Assembly (NCBI GenBank): GCA_034520965.1
Contig: JAXHMY010000003.1
Location: forward strand, 384,001-448,000
Origin: Spirochaetia bacterium
GTDB taxonomy: Bacteria; Spirochaetota; Spirochaetia; DSM-16054; Sediminispirochaetaceae
DNA length: 64,000 nt
Direction of reading: 5' to 3'
The notes beneath the pieces are model-generated. The model had not been told where the DNA came from. It worked only from the letters and a program-made list of their open reading frames with translations, and searched no databases. A program made the position numbers and the translations under genes. This document shows positions 18,167 through 29,373 of the stretch, one piece after another. Every line of letters begins with the position of its first letter. Within the stretch, counting starts at the first letter, position 1.

Positions 18167-20164
18167 ATGAGTACTGAACATTCTCACCATGACCATACCC
18201 AGCACCATCGGATGATGATCCGTGATTTCAGGAAACGCTTTTATATCACCCTCGTTTTGAGTGTGCCGGTGCTGGCGCTCTCGGAACTCATTCAACAGTT
18301 CGTGGGGTACAGTCTCGAATTCTCCGGCGACAGTATTTTTGTATTTGTGCTTGCAACAGTTATTTTTGTGTACGGTGGTTGGCCATTTCTAAAGGGGCTG
18401 GTGGATGAACTCAAGTCAAAAGTTCCGGGGATGATGACCCTGATCGGTCTGGCAATTAGCGTTGCATATGTATACAGCGCTGCGGTTACCTTCGGCCTGC
18501 AGGGAACCCCCTTCTACTGGGAGCTGGCCACCCTGATAGCTATTATGCTGGCCGGGCACTGGATCGAAATGGCCTCGGTGGTCAGCGCCTCTTCGGCGCT
18601 GGAAAAACTCGCCCAGCTGATGCCCAGCGAGGCCCATCGTAGGAAGGATGGAGCAACCGAGGATGTTCCCTTGTCGGAAGTGCAAAAGGGGGATGTCCTG
18701 CTTATTAAACCGGGCGAAAAGATACCCTCCGACGGTAAAGTTGTGAAAGGCAGCAGTTACATCGACGAATCGATGCTCACCGGCGAATCAAAACCGGTCA
18801 GCAAGGGCGAGGGCGATGAGTTGATCGGAGGTTCGATCAACGGCGACGGCTCCCTCGAACTGCAAGTAGAAGGGGCCGGTGAGGATTCTTATCTGTCCAA
18901 GGTAATCGACATGGTCCGCGAAGCCCAGTCCGCTAAATCCAAAACCCAGGCGCTTTCCGACCGGGCGGCCATGTGGCTCACCATAGTTGCGCTTACCGTC
19001 GGGGCGGCAACATTGGCCGGGTGGCTGATTGCCGGTCAGGGGCTGCAGTTCTCGATTGCCAGAATGGCCACGGTAATGATAATCACCTGTCCCCACGCCC
19101 TCGGATTGGCGATTCCGCTGGTAGTTGCCCAGTCAACAGCCAAATCGGCCCAGAACGGACTCTTGATCCGCAACCGCACAGCCTTCGAGAATGCCAGAAA
19201 GATTTCCACCGTGGTCTTCGACAAAACCGGTACATTGACCAAGGGAGTTTTCGAAGTCGGCAGCGTGGATGTCCATAACGACAGCTATGAAAAAAACGAT
19301 ATTCTAAGGCTGGCCGCGGCGCTGGAAGGGCAATCCGAACACCCGATCGGCAAGGGAATTGTCGCCGCCGCCAAAGATGCAGGTGTATCAATTGGATCCG
19401 CCGACGATTTCGAAGCAATCAAAGGCAAAGGCGTACAGGGAACCGTGGATAAGAAACCGGTTGCGGTTGTAAGCCCGGGATACCTTGAAGAGCAGAATAT
19501 TGCAGCGCCTGCGGAGGCCGAACGTCGGGGCGGCGTGACCCGGGTCTTTGTTTTGGTCGATAATCAGATAGCCGGCTCGATTGCCCTCTCCGACACTATC
19601 CGCCCGGAATCGCACCAGGCAATCAAAGCCCTGCAGAAACGGGGAATCAAATGCTGGATGCTGACCGGCGATAACAGTGAAACCGCGGAGGCTGTATCGA
19701 AGGAGCTTGGCATGGACGGGTATTTCGCCGAGGTGCTGCCCGATGAGAAGCAGGACAAAATCAAGGAACTCCAGGAACAGGGAGAGTATGTGGCCATGAC
19801 CGGCGACGGGGTGAACGACTCCCCCGCCCTGGCCCAGGCCCAGATAGGAGTAGCGGTAGGCTCGGGCACCGATATTGCCGCCGCCTCAGCCGATATAGTG
19901 CTGGTAAACTCCAACCCTCTCGATATAACCGCACTAATCCTGTTCGGACGCGCAACCTATCGCAAAATGGTCCAGAACCTGATATGGGCCACCGGTTACA
20001 ATGTAGTCGCCATACCTCTGGCCGCCGGCGTTCTGTACAGCGCGGGAATCGTTCTGTCCCCCGAAGTGGGAGCAATTCTCATGTCACTGTCTACGGTTAT
20101 AGTGGCCATCAACGCGCAACTGCTGAGAGTAAAGAAGGAAGAGCTTGAAGAAGCGGTATCATGA
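18167..20164 (+). CDS. copB: Copper-translocating P1B-type ATPase (CopB-like)
   Basis: His-rich N-terminus, TGES, CPHALG, DKTGT, SEHP, TGDGVNDSP, YN and MSLS. Confidence 0.9.
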   Translation: MSTEHSHHDHTQHHRMMIRDFRKRFYITLVLSVPVLALSELIQQFVGYSLEFSGDSIFVFVLATVIFVYGGWPFLKGLVDELKSKVPGMMTLIGLAISVAYVYSAAVTFGLQGTPFYWELATLIAIMLAGHWIEMASVVSASSALEKLAQLMPSEAHRRKDGATEDVPLSEVQKGDVLLIKPGEKIPSDGKVVKGSSYIDESMLTGESKPVSKGEGDELIGGSINGDGSLELQVEGAGEDSYLSKVIDMVREAQSAKSKTQALSDRAAMWLTIVALTVGAATLAGWLIAGQGLQFSIARMATVMIITCPHALGLAIPLVVAQSTAKSAQNGLLIRNRTAFENARKISTVVFDKTGTLTKGVFEVGSVDVHNDSYEKNDILRLAAALEGQSEHPIGKGIVAAAKDAGVSIGSADDFEAIKGKGVQGTVDKKPVAVVSPGYLEEQNIAAPAEAERRGGVTRVFVLVDNQIAGSIALSDTIRPESHQAIKALQKRGIKCWMLTGDNSETAEAVSKELGMDGYFAEVLPDEKQDKIKELQEQGEYVAMTGDGVNDSPALAQAQIGVAVGSGTDIAAASADIVLVNSNPLDITALILFGRATYRKMVQNLIWATGYNVVAIPLAAGVLYSAGIVLSPEVGAILMSLSTVIVAINAQLLRVKKEELEEAVS

Positions 20165-20255
20165 GTGCGCGCATTTTTTCATTTTTGTTTGACTACTCGG
20201 ATTAAGTGGTCTACCATTCGCTCAAGACTAATAATCGAAATTATTGAGGACTCCA

Positions 20256-21164
20256 ATGAACCTATTTAAAAGTTATGCCAAACCCGGAACCCTTGACGAA
20301 GCGGTAAAAATCCTCTCCGAGGGACCGGAAAACACGGTGGTGATGGCGGGAGGGACGGATTTACTGCTGGACATCCGCCAGGGACGACACCCAGAAGTAG
20401 ATTTACTGGTAGATATCTCTGAGGTGAAAGAGATGGGCGCTATTACCCTCGAAGAGGACTGGGTTTTCCTAGGCGCAGGAGCGACTCACCAACAGATCAT
20501 CAGCAACCCGATTATCCGGGAAAACGGTCAGTGTGTCGTCGAGGGTTGTGGTTTGGTCGGCGGACCCCAGGTAAGAAATATAGCTACTATTGGAGGGAAT
20601 GTGGCCCATTCACTTCCAGCCGCAGATGGAACCGTAGCCCTACTGTCGATGGACACCGAGGTACAGTTAGCTTCCCGGGAGGGAACCCGCCGGCTGCCCT
20701 TGATTGAGATCTTCGCCGGTCCGGGCGAAGTTACTTTTGACCGTGGCCGGGAATTAGTTGTTGGTTTTCGCTTCCAGAAGAAAAGAGAGGGTGAAGCATC
20801 GGCTTTTCACCGGGTGATGCGGCCTCAGGGGGTGGCCATTGCTATCCTCAACATGTCCGCTTGGGTCAAGGTGGTCGGGGAAAAGATAATAGACCTCCGG
20901 ATTGCCTGCGGACCGGCAGGCCCAAAGCCCTTCAGGGGCCATGAAACCGAAGAATTTATCAAGGGAAAGACGATATACGAAGGCTTCTTTACAGAAGCCA
21001 GTCGTATTCTTGGGGAAGAAGTAAGTTTACGCACCAGTGCCCACCGGGCTACCCGAGAGTATCGCCGGCAGCTGCTGCCTGTCCTGCTTCAGCAGGTGCT
21101 CGAAAGGGCCGTTTCGCGCAGCATCAAGAAACCCTATCACCTTAAGGATGGAAGCCATGAATAA
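20256..21164 (+). CDS. FAD-binding subunit of a xanthine dehydrogenase / CO dehydrogenase family enzyme
   Basis: AGGTDL and QVRNIATIGGN motifs. Confidence 0.9.
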   Translation: MNLFKSYAKPGTLDEAVKILSEGPENTVVMAGGTDLLLDIRQGRHPEVDLLVDISEVKEMGAITLEEDWVFLGAGATHQQIISNPIIRENGQCVVEGCGLVGGPQVRNIATIGGNVAHSLPAADGTVALLSMDTEVQLASREGTRRLPLIEIFAGPGEVTFDRGRELVVGFRFQKKREGEASAFHRVMRPQGVAIAILNMSAWVKVVGEKIIDLRIACGPAGPKPFRGHETEEFIKGKTIYEGFFTEASRILGEEVSLRTSAHRATREYRRQLLPVLLQQVLERAVSRSIKKPYHLKDGSHE

Positions 21165-23941
21165 ACTTACTTGTTGGGTAAATCATAAGCAGGTAACCGT
21201 ATCTGTTGAACCAGGAGAAATGCTTTCGGACATTATCCGCTATAGTTTGGGCTTGACCGGGACCAAAGTCAGCTGCAATGAAGCAGAATGCGGTGCCTGC
21301 ACCGTGTTGGTGGACTCCGTCCCTGTTCTCTCCTGTAATTATCCCGCACTAAAAGCCCAGGGAAAGAAAATTGTAACCATTGAAGGCTTGGAAGATAAGG
21401 GAACCCTGCATCCCCTGCAGGAAGCGTTTATCAAATACGGTGCCTCCCAGTGCGGCTTTTGCACCCCCGGGCAGATTATGACGGCAGCAGCCTTATTGGA
21501 AGAAAAACCCGAACCTACCCGGGAGGATATTGAATACGCCTTGAACGATACCCTCTGCCGCTGCGGGGCTTATCCGGCGATCACTAACGCCGTTCTGGCT
21601 GCAGCAGATTACATTCAGCACGGGAAACCAATTGAGTTCCCGAGCCTTGAGTTTGAAGGGGAACTGGATGTAGTCGGACAAACTGTACAGCGACCGGAGG
21701 CAGTGGAAAAAGTTACCGGCAAGGCGGTGTATACCGATGATATCACCTTTCCGGATATGCTTTACGGAGCGACCCTCAGAGCGGGAATTCCCCATGGAAA
21801 AATCCTATCGCTGGATACTTCCCGGGCAAAGAAGCTGAAAGGTGTCCGTGCGGTGTTGACGGCCGAGGATATTCCAGGACGAATTAACCACGGGCTGATC
21901 GTTCAGGATTGGCCCGCCCTGGTGGGAGTTGGAGAAAAGGTCCGTTATGTCGGCGATGCAGTGGCCGTGGTGGCTGCGGATACCCGGCATATTGCCGCAA
22001 AAGCGCTGACGTTGATTGATGTAGAATATGAACCGCTCCCGATTGTCACTGATCCTGTGGCTGCTAAAGAGCCGGATGCGCCCCTGGTTCATGAAGAGGG
22101 GAATTTGCTCAAGCATATCAAAGTAGATAAAGGAGATATAGTGCAGGGATTCGCTGAAGCGGATATCATCATGGAAGATCTTTTTACTACCCCAACGTAC
22201 GAGCATGCCTTCATGGAGCCGGAGTGCAGTATCGCCCGGATCACTGAGGATGATCGGGTGGAAGTGTATGTCGGTTCTCAGATTCCCTATTCAGACCGTG
22301 ATCAGATCGCCGCTGCACTAAATATCCCCAAGGAACAAGTCCGAGTCAGAGGGCCTTTGATTGGGGGCGGCTTCGGAGGGAAAGAGGATATAGCCGGCCA
22401 GATCCATGCTGCATTGCTTTCACGGGCGACTCGGAAACCGGTCAAAGTTCTGTATGACCGCCACGAAAGCATGCTGGTTCACCCCAAACGACATGCTACC
22501 CGGATCCGTGTAAAACTGGGGCTTAAGAAAGACGGTACTATCACAGCCGCTCAAACCGAGCTTTACGGCGACACCGGGGCTTATGCCTCCCTGGGCGCTA
22601 AGGTGATGGGCCGGGCAACCACCCATTCTACCGGGCCTTACATAGTGCCGAACGTCAAAATTGACTGCTATGCAATGTACACCAATAATCCCCCGGCTGG
22701 TGCCTTCCGGGGGTTTGGGGCTCTGCAGGCGGATTTCGCCATTGAGGTTATGATTGACCAGGCGGCGGAAGAATTAAAACTGGATCCTGATAGAACTCAG
22801 GCGGAAAAATGTCCTTAGAACCGGATCGATTACCAACACCGGGCAGTATTTGAAGGACAGCGTCGGCCTGCTGGAATGTATAGAAAAAACCGAAACAGCT
22901 ATGCGTGAGTATCTGCCGGAGGGAGATCTTTTCCGCTCCCGCCCTGTCCCCGGGGTACCCGATAAACGCCGAGCCTGGGGCTATGCGCTGGCTTTCAAAA
23001 ACACAGGCCTTGGCGAGGGGGCTCCGGATAAAGCTACCGCCGAAGTCGAACTGCTTCAGGATGGAACTGTAGAAGTGCGTACCTCCTCTGCCGAAATCGG
23101 GCAGGGCTTGGTCACTGTACTGCAAATGGTCACCGCTCAGGAACTGGGAATGAAACTTGATCAGGTCAAAGTGCTGCTGTCGGACACCGATTTGACCCCT
23201 GATGGGGGACCAACCACCGGCTCCAGGCAAACCTATATCTCCGGCAACGCGGCTAAGTACGCTTCAATTACTTTGCGAAAAGCGATGCTGGCCACCATTG
23301 CTGAAAAATACGATATTGCTTACGACAAAGCATACGAAGAAATCTCCATCATTGATGGTTCAGCCCGGATAAACCGGAAGAGCCTTTCCTTTGCAGAGAT
23401 CGGGAAGGCAATGCGGGAGAAAGGCCGGGACCCAAAATTTGAGTATGAATACTGGGCTCCGGAAACTACACCGCTGGGTGAAGAAGGGGATAAACACTTT
23501 GCTTATTCCTTTGCGGCCCAAGCGATAGAGGTGGAAGTCGATCTTAAAACCGGTGAGGTTGAGGTGCTCAAAGCCGTCGCTGCTACCGATGTCGGGAAAG
23601 CCATCAACCCTTTGGGTTTGCAGGGACAAGTCGAGGGCGGAACCATCATGGGCTTAGGTCATGCGCTTACCGAGGAGTTCATACTGGAAAACGGACGGGT
23701 AATCACTGATCATCTTTCCAGGTATCGGATGCCTTCTATCAAGCACGTACCCGAGGTAATGAAATCCTTTATCGTTGAAGACCCCACCGCGGATGGGCCT
23801 TACGGAGCAAAAGGGGTTGGCGAAATCTCTACCATGCCGGTTCCCCCGGCAGTGGTCAACGCAGTGTATAATGCAACGGGGGTCCGTTTTAAACGGCTGC
23901 CCGTGGACCAGGACTGGCTGGCCCGCCGGCTTCAGGACTGA
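21157..23941 (+). CDS. Xanthine-dehydrogenase-family molybdopterin subunit with fused 2x[2Fe-2S] domain (frameshift near 22790)
   Basis: CNEAECGAC, QCGFC, CRC; GGGFGGK, GAFRGFG; correcting the frame gives LDPIELRRKN joining the two ORFs; AKGVGE. Confidence 0.88.
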
Positions 23942-23999
23942 CCGCACTGTCGGCACCTGGAGTACTTGATAACGAGTGTACGCAATATAATATACCCGT

Positions 24000-24371
24000 C
24001 TATCTAGGCTTCAACTCCGGGAACTCGTAATACACTATTCCCGCATCATCTACTTCCATGCGAATTCGCACACCGTCGGCCATAGATTCCAGCATCTTTT
24101 CAGCCTTTTTCGGTTCAATACCCATATCCGTAACTACATCGGAAACTGTAATTGTACCACTAAGTTTTGCGGCTAAGCGATATATCGATGTTTCAACAGA
24201 TTCTTGCCCCCGCCCATAGGCTTCAGTCCTATCGGCAGAAGCGTGCTGCCTATTGGGTTTGGAATTAAAGAAACGGCGCATAATAAAATATCCGGCCACA
24301 CCAATTATCAGCCACAGAAAAGGGCCTCCCATAAAAAAAGGAAAACCAAAGCCAAATCCATTCATCATCAT
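24000..24371 (-). CDS. Hypothetical membrane protein
   Basis: TM helix followed by a winged-helix-like C-terminus (ITVSDVV...GIVYYEFPE). Confidence 0.65.
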   Translation of the reverse strand: MMMNGFGFGFPFFMGGPFLWLIIGVAGYFIMRRFFNSKPNRQHASADRTEAYGRGQESVETSIYRLAAKLSGTITVSDVVTDMGIEPKKAEKMLESMADGVRIRMEVDDAGIVYYEFPELKPR

Positions 24372-24459
24372 ATTAAGTGCTCCTATAGGGCGGTTATAGT
24401 TTCTTACTCTAAAGTATAGTAAAATTGTAAACAAAATGTGAAGGAGATGTAGATTATTC

Positions 24460-24488
24460 TTGACAATTCAAGTAAGTTTTTATATACT
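24460..24488 (+). promoter_or_regulatory. Sigma70-type promoter for Rrf2-cysK
   Basis: TTGACA (24460-24465), 17-bp spacer, TATACT (24483-24488). Confidence 0.7.
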
Positions 24489-24535
24489 TCTTTGTAGACC
24501 TCTTTGGTAGTATTTACGTAAGTTTTGGAGGATGT

Positions 24536-24946
24536 ATGAAAATGTCTACCCGCAGCCGATACGGATTACGATTCATGTTTGAGCTGGCACTTCACTATAA
24601 AGAGGGACCGGTTTTACTTAGGGATATTGCTGAGCGTCATAACATTTCAGAAAAATATCTGAGTAAACTGGTTATCCCCCTTAAAGGGATCGGACTTATC
24701 AATACCTATAGAGGCGCTCATGGCGGGTACAGCCTTGCAATTGAGCCGGAAAAAATCACGGTCAAACAGATCGTCGATGTACTGGAGGGTGATACATCCT
24801 CGGTAGAGTGCATACAGGATCCATTGGATCCTACATGGGAAGTGTGGAGCGGGCTTGATAAAACCATTTCGGATTACCTGGAGAGTATAAATTTGGAAAC
24901 TGTGGTTCAGAATAACCGGAACCGTCAATTTACCTATGTTATATAG
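24536..24946 (+). CDS. Rrf2-family transcriptional regulator (CymR-like)
   Basis: MSTRSRYGLR...ISEKYL...RGAHGGY; lacks the three-Cys IscR motif; upstream of cysK. Confidence 0.9.
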   Translation: MKMSTRSRYGLRFMFELALHYKEGPVLLRDIAERHNISEKYLSKLVIPLKGIGLINTYRGAHGGYSLAIEPEKITVKQIVDVLEGDTSSVECIQDPLDPTWEVWSGLDKTISDYLESINLETVVQNNRNRQFTYVI

Positions 24947-24974
24947 GTGTTCAAAGTAAAGGGAGTCACACAGT

Positions 24975-25904
24975 ATGAATATTGCAGAGAACATTACAGA
25001 ATTAATCGGCAATACCCCCCTCGTCCGCATCAATAAGCTTAACAAGGGTGGTACCGCAAAAGTGGCAGTAAAACTTGAGTCCTTCAACCCGCTATCCAGT
25101 GTCAAAGATCGCATCGGCTTTGCCATGGTCGAAGAAGCTGAGGAACGCGGTCTGTTGCACCACGGTTCAGTAATTATCGAACCGACCAGTGGAAACACAG
25201 GAATTGCACTTGCCTATGTGGGCGCCGCAAAGGGATACAAAGTTATCCTTACTATGCCCGATACGATGAGCGTTGAACGGCGGAAACTCTTAAAAGCCTT
25301 AGGGGCGGAGATTGTGCTAACCGACGGGAAACTGGGCATGAAAGGCGCCATCGCAAAAGCCGAAGAGTTGCAAGCTTCCATTGAAGAAAGCTTTATACCT
25401 CAGCAGTTTACAAATCCGGCAAATCCCGATATGCACCGTAAAACTACCGCGGATGAGATTTGGAGAGATACTGAGGGCAGCGTCGACATTTTTGTTGCCG
25501 GGGTCGGGACCGGCGGAACCATTACCGGTGTAGGCGAGGAATTGAAAAAACGCAAACCAACAGTGCAGGTGGTAGCAGTTGAGCCGGAAAAATCTCCAGT
25601 TATCTCGGGGGGAGAACCGGGTCCCCATAAAATTCAGGGAATCGGAGCAGGATTTCTACCGGAGGTGCTGAATACAGATGTAATCGATGAGGTTATTAGA
25701 ATAAAGGACGAGTCCGCCGGTGAAGTTACGCGGAGCTTAGCCGTTGAAGAGGGAATACTAGTCGGGGTTTCATCGGGAGCCGCCCTCCAGGCTGCTCTGG
25801 AGCTGGCGAAACGTCCCGAGAACAGCGGCAAGCTCATTGTCGCTCTGCTGCCGGATGCCGGAGAAAGGTACCTTTCAACCTGGTTGTTCGACAGCGAAGA
25901 ATAA
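24975..25904 (+). CDS. cysK: Cysteine synthase A
   Basis: [11 protein letters not shown] lysine, [21 protein letters not shown]. Confidence 0.97.
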   Translation: MNIAENITELIGNTPLVRINKLNKGGTAKVAVKLESFNPLSSVKDRIGFAMVEEAEERGLLHHGSVIIEPTSGNTGIALAYVGAAKGYKVILTMPDTMSVERRKLLKALGAEIVLTDGKLGMKGAIAKAEELQASIEESFIPQQFTNPANPDMHRKTTADEIWRDTEGSVDIFVAGVGTGGTITGVGEELKKRKPTVQVVAVEPEKSPVISGGEPGPHKIQGIGAGFLPEVLNTDVIDEVIRIKDESAGEVTRSLAVEEGILVGVSSGAALQAALELAKRPENSGKLIVALLPDAGERYLSTWLFDSEE

Positions 25905-25941
25905 TCATATACTGCAGGTGGACGTAGGCGGAGTTTTCTTG

Positions 25942-26058
25942 CGGTAATATTTTGCTTCGTAGCGGCGGAGGATAACCCCACTAATTCCCTGCCGGTAATA
26001 TTTTTAGTTTACTATAGCGGCGGAGGATAACGATTAAATTACGGTAATATTTTTAGCG
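25942..26058. repeat. Degenerate tandem repeat with period of about 50 bp
   Basis: CGGTAATATTTT at 25942, 25993 and 26042; TAGCGGCGGAGGATAAC at 25960 and 26015. Confidence 0.75.
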
Positions 26059-26142
26059 GAATATACTATTCTGCTATGACAAAATCTGACACCGAAAGGT
26101 CAAGAGCTAACCTTTGTTCTCCCAGACTGTAAGGAACTGCTG

Positions 26143-27613
26143 ATGATAAAGTATAGAAATATGAGTTTGCTGCATATCAAAGCATTGCTCTTGGGCGTTA
26201 TTGCCATGAGTCTTCTTGCATTCGCCGTAAGATGGTATTACCAAAGGCGAAACTCCCAGGAAGAGTCCCACTTACAGTCTCAAAGGATTCACTATCTCGA
26301 TGTGATGCTCTGGTCCCCTGACTTTGTTGAAAAGCAGAAGTTTTCTTTCCCGAAATCCAAAATAACGGCCGGAAATGCTCAAGATGCCGACCTCAAATTG
26401 CCGAGACGGAAAGGAAATACCGGACCAGACAATTTTTCCATCGAAATTACGGAGCATGGAGTTTTCTTTAGCGCTTCGCATTTTCTCCTGGTAAACGGGG
26501 TTGCTGCGAAGCAAAAAAAACTTTCACCGGGAAGCAGAATTGCGTGGGGCTCAGAACGAATTCTTTTTCAAGGTACCCATAGTGTCCCCATATACCCTGA
26601 AAAAAAGCCGGATTTCCTTCCTGCATACAGTATCCCCATTTTTGTAGTATTGCTCACTCTTGCTGCGGGTCTTGCACTGCAAAATCTCTCCGGTACTAGA
26701 GAGGCTACTATACCGGGGGGAGAATCAGAAAGCAGCACTGCAATTATTAAAACAGATTATCCGACTCTTCATGATGGTAGCAAGGAGTACGGAGGACTCC
26801 CCCTGCTCAAGCCACGCATGATTAAACCCGGCGAAACACCGGAGTTTTTCGATGCGGATATCATGTGCATCCACGCTCACCCGGATGACGAATCGATAGA
26901 TTTTGGGGGCTTCACGGCTAAAGCATCACGGCACGGGAAAAGGATTGTTACTGTTCTTTTTACTGATGGGGAGTCCGGCGTTGTAAGGAGTGACTTCCCT
27001 GGTCAATATCCCTCACCTCGTGAGCTGGCGGTAATCAGAGTAGGAGAAACCGAAAGAGCTCTGAGCCACCTTGCTGTTGCAGAGTACGTGCGTTTGGGTT
27101 TGAAAAATCACCCCTATAGCAGCAGTACACAAGTTCTGGGTAAAGCAGAAGTGCTTAAGGCTTGGGGAGGGGAAGCGGACCTTATAACAACCCTTATAGA
27201 ATTGATCCGGGGGTACAGCCCTTCAGTTATCCTCTCTCCCAAAAACGACAGTGAAGCGCACGAGCATTTCGAACACAAAACGGTAGGATACCTTGTTAGC
27301 AAAGCCATCGACCAACTAATGGAAGAAGGCCAGAGCTCCATCAAGGGACACCTGGTTCCGGTCGATGCCATGGAAAATACTATAGGAGATGCGCACTACC
27401 CCGCAGTAGTGGGGATTTCGATGATGGAAACCGGAAAACCCGGCAGCTCTGCCGAGGAGAATTAAAGCTCAGGCTCTGCGCCAACACCGGACCCAAAGGG
27501 ATGCTTCGATTATAGCACTTGCCCATACACTTGACGTGCTGCACGAATATTATAGTATTAAATTGTGGAACTACCCTATAACTGTAGAGGAGTATCTCTC
27601 AGGCAATGAATAG
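26143..27613 (+). CDS. Membrane protein with FHA-like region and PIG-L/LmbE deacetylase domain (frameshift near 27450)
   Basis: HAHPDDES, FTDGE, HEHFEH; shifted frame gives KAQALRQHRTQ. Confidence 0.75.
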
Positions 27614-28691
27614 AAAAAGAACACAAGTACACGGATTTCTCTTAATTGTCCCAGTTGGAATGGCTTTAATCTTACTTCTGAGCGGATGCGCCTCCACCGC
27701 ATCTGTAGATGAGGAATTTGACAAAGAAACAGCAAAATATAGCTTCGAATACCGTATAGCCCCCTGGTATGGGTTTAGCCCTTCGGCTTGTTCCATAACC
27801 TTCGATGATGGTACCCTCGACCAATATCTTATAGCCTTTCCCGAACTGGAGAAGCGAAATATTAGGGCCACTTTTTTCCTCATTACCGATCCGCGGGAAA
27901 CCGGGATATGGGAAGACGGATCTATCAAAAGATTGCTGTTTTCTTGGGAACAAGCCCGAACCATTACCGCAGCTGGTCATGAAATCGCAAGCCACAGTAG
28001 CACACATACCGATTTATCCGGAAGAACCGTTAATGCATATAGAGAATTTGAAAAATCGAGAGATACAATAAGGATGCACATTCCTGCACTTCCAAAGGGA
28101 ATGACCCTCAGCTGGCCGTACTGGCGCAGTAGCGCTGCAACCCAGGAAATCGCACATACCTACTTTATCGGGGCAAGATCAGGCGGTGGAAGGCTAAGCC
28201 ATTATCCCCACAGATTCGGCGGTATCCCCCAAAAGACTCCGCAGAACTTCTACCAGATCAATTCTATGCGGATAAGTGAAAAATTCGATATTCGGGAGAT
28301 GAAGAGACTCGGGAACCAAGTCTTCGAGGAAGGGAACTGGTTAATAGGCGGTTTTCACGGCATCGACGACGGCAACATCCCCAAAGATGCTCTTGGCTGG
28401 GATCCTCTTTCGCTCCACAACTTTAAGGCTGTGCTCGATTACATTGAAACTAAGGATTTTTGGATTGCCCCATTTGGAAATGTGCTCCGATATATAAAAG
28501 AAAGAGACGCCGCATCGGTAAGACTACTAGGGCATTCACCCACTACCATAACCTTTTCGGTGGAAGATGACCTGGAAGATGAAGTGTTTTCACAGCCCCT
28601 CAGTATTGAGTTCGTTGTACCGGAACAATGGCGTGCAGTAGAAATCTACCGCAACGGTATTTACGATTCCCGCAGGTGTGATATCGCCTGA
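27606..28691 (+). CDS. Polysaccharide deacetylase (NodB/CE4) lipoprotein
   Basis: LLSGC lipobox; ITFDDG, ATFF, GHEIASHSSTH; C-terminus may be frameshifted. Confidence 0.85.
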   Translation: MNRKRTQVHGFLLIVPVGMALILLLSGCASTASVDEEFDKETAKYSFEYRIAPWYGFSPSACSITFDDGTLDQYLIAFPELEKRNIRATFFLITDPRETGIWEDGSIKRLLFSWEQARTITAAGHEIASHSSTHTDLSGRTVNAYREFEKSRDTIRMHIPALPKGMTLSWPYWRSSAATQEIAHTYFIGARSGGGRLSHYPHRFGGIPQKTPQNFYQINSMRISEKFDIREMKRLGNQVFEEGNWLIGGFHGIDDGNIPKDALGWDPLSLHNFKAVLDYIETKDFWIAPFGNVLRYIKERDAASVRLLGHSPTTITFSVEDDLEDEVFSQPLSIEFVVPEQWRAVEIYRNGIYDSRRCDIA

Positions 28692-28769
28692 TGGGAGTGA
28701 GATTGTATTCGTGGGGCAGCTTTACACTGCTAATCAGAGACGATAGTCCTGTTATTGTCTATGAAAATA

Positions 28770-28798
28770 CGGAGGGCTTCTGTTCCAGAAGCCCTCCG
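28770..28798. terminator. Hairpin terminator downstream of second cheW
   Basis: Perfect 13-bp stem CGGAGGGCTTCTG-TTC-CAGAAGCCCTCCG. Confidence 0.7.
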
Positions 28799-28822
28799 CA
28801 GCATAATAAAAAGAATCGTGGT

Positions 28823-29335
28823 TTAACTCACTCCGGACTGGATAGACTCGATCTCCTCTTGTCCTACAAGTTTTTGCATGTCAAGCAATATTATTACCTG
28901 GTCTTCCAGTTTTCCCAAGCCGGCAATATACTTTTGCTTTCCTCCGTCCTCTTGAAAACTCGGGGGCGGATCGATGTCCTTCTCTGGAATGTCCACTACT
29001 TCGGTGGCTGTATCTACTATAAAACCGATTGAGTAGTTTTTTATATTGACCACGGTTATCACCGTGCGGTCATCAAACTCCTTCCACTCCATTCCAAAAC
29101 GAAGACGGAAATCAATTACGGGTATCACATTGCCCCGCAGGTTTATTACTCCCCGTACGTACTCGGGCATGTCCGGCACTTCGGTTATCCTCTGCATTTC
29201 TATGATGTCGGTTACATGTTGTATGTCGATCCCGTAGGTCTCGTTTCCGATCTTGCACATGAGAAACTTGTTTTCTTGGATCTCATCATCGGTCTCATCA
29301 AAAAAATCACTGTCCTGCATTTCGTCTTTACTCAT
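28823..29335 (-). CDS. cheW: CheW (paralog of 8668-9180)
   Basis: Same length (170 aa) and near-identical sequence to the first copy. Confidence 0.95.
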   Translation of the reverse strand: MSKDEMQDSDFFDETDDEIQENKFLMCKIGNETYGIDIQHVTDIIEMQRITEVPDMPEYVRGVINLRGNVIPVIDFRLRFGMEWKEFDDRTVITVVNIKNYSIGFIVDTATEVVDIPEKDIDPPPSFQEDGGKQKYIAGLGKLEDQVIILLDMQKLVGQEEIESIQSGVS

Positions 29336-29373
29336 AGTCGCCTCCAGCGCCTCCTTGTATTCTTAGGACCTTC

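Noticed and set aside
25942..26058. Mini-CRISPR array
   Set aside because: Conserved blocks are only 12-17 bp with short irregular linkers
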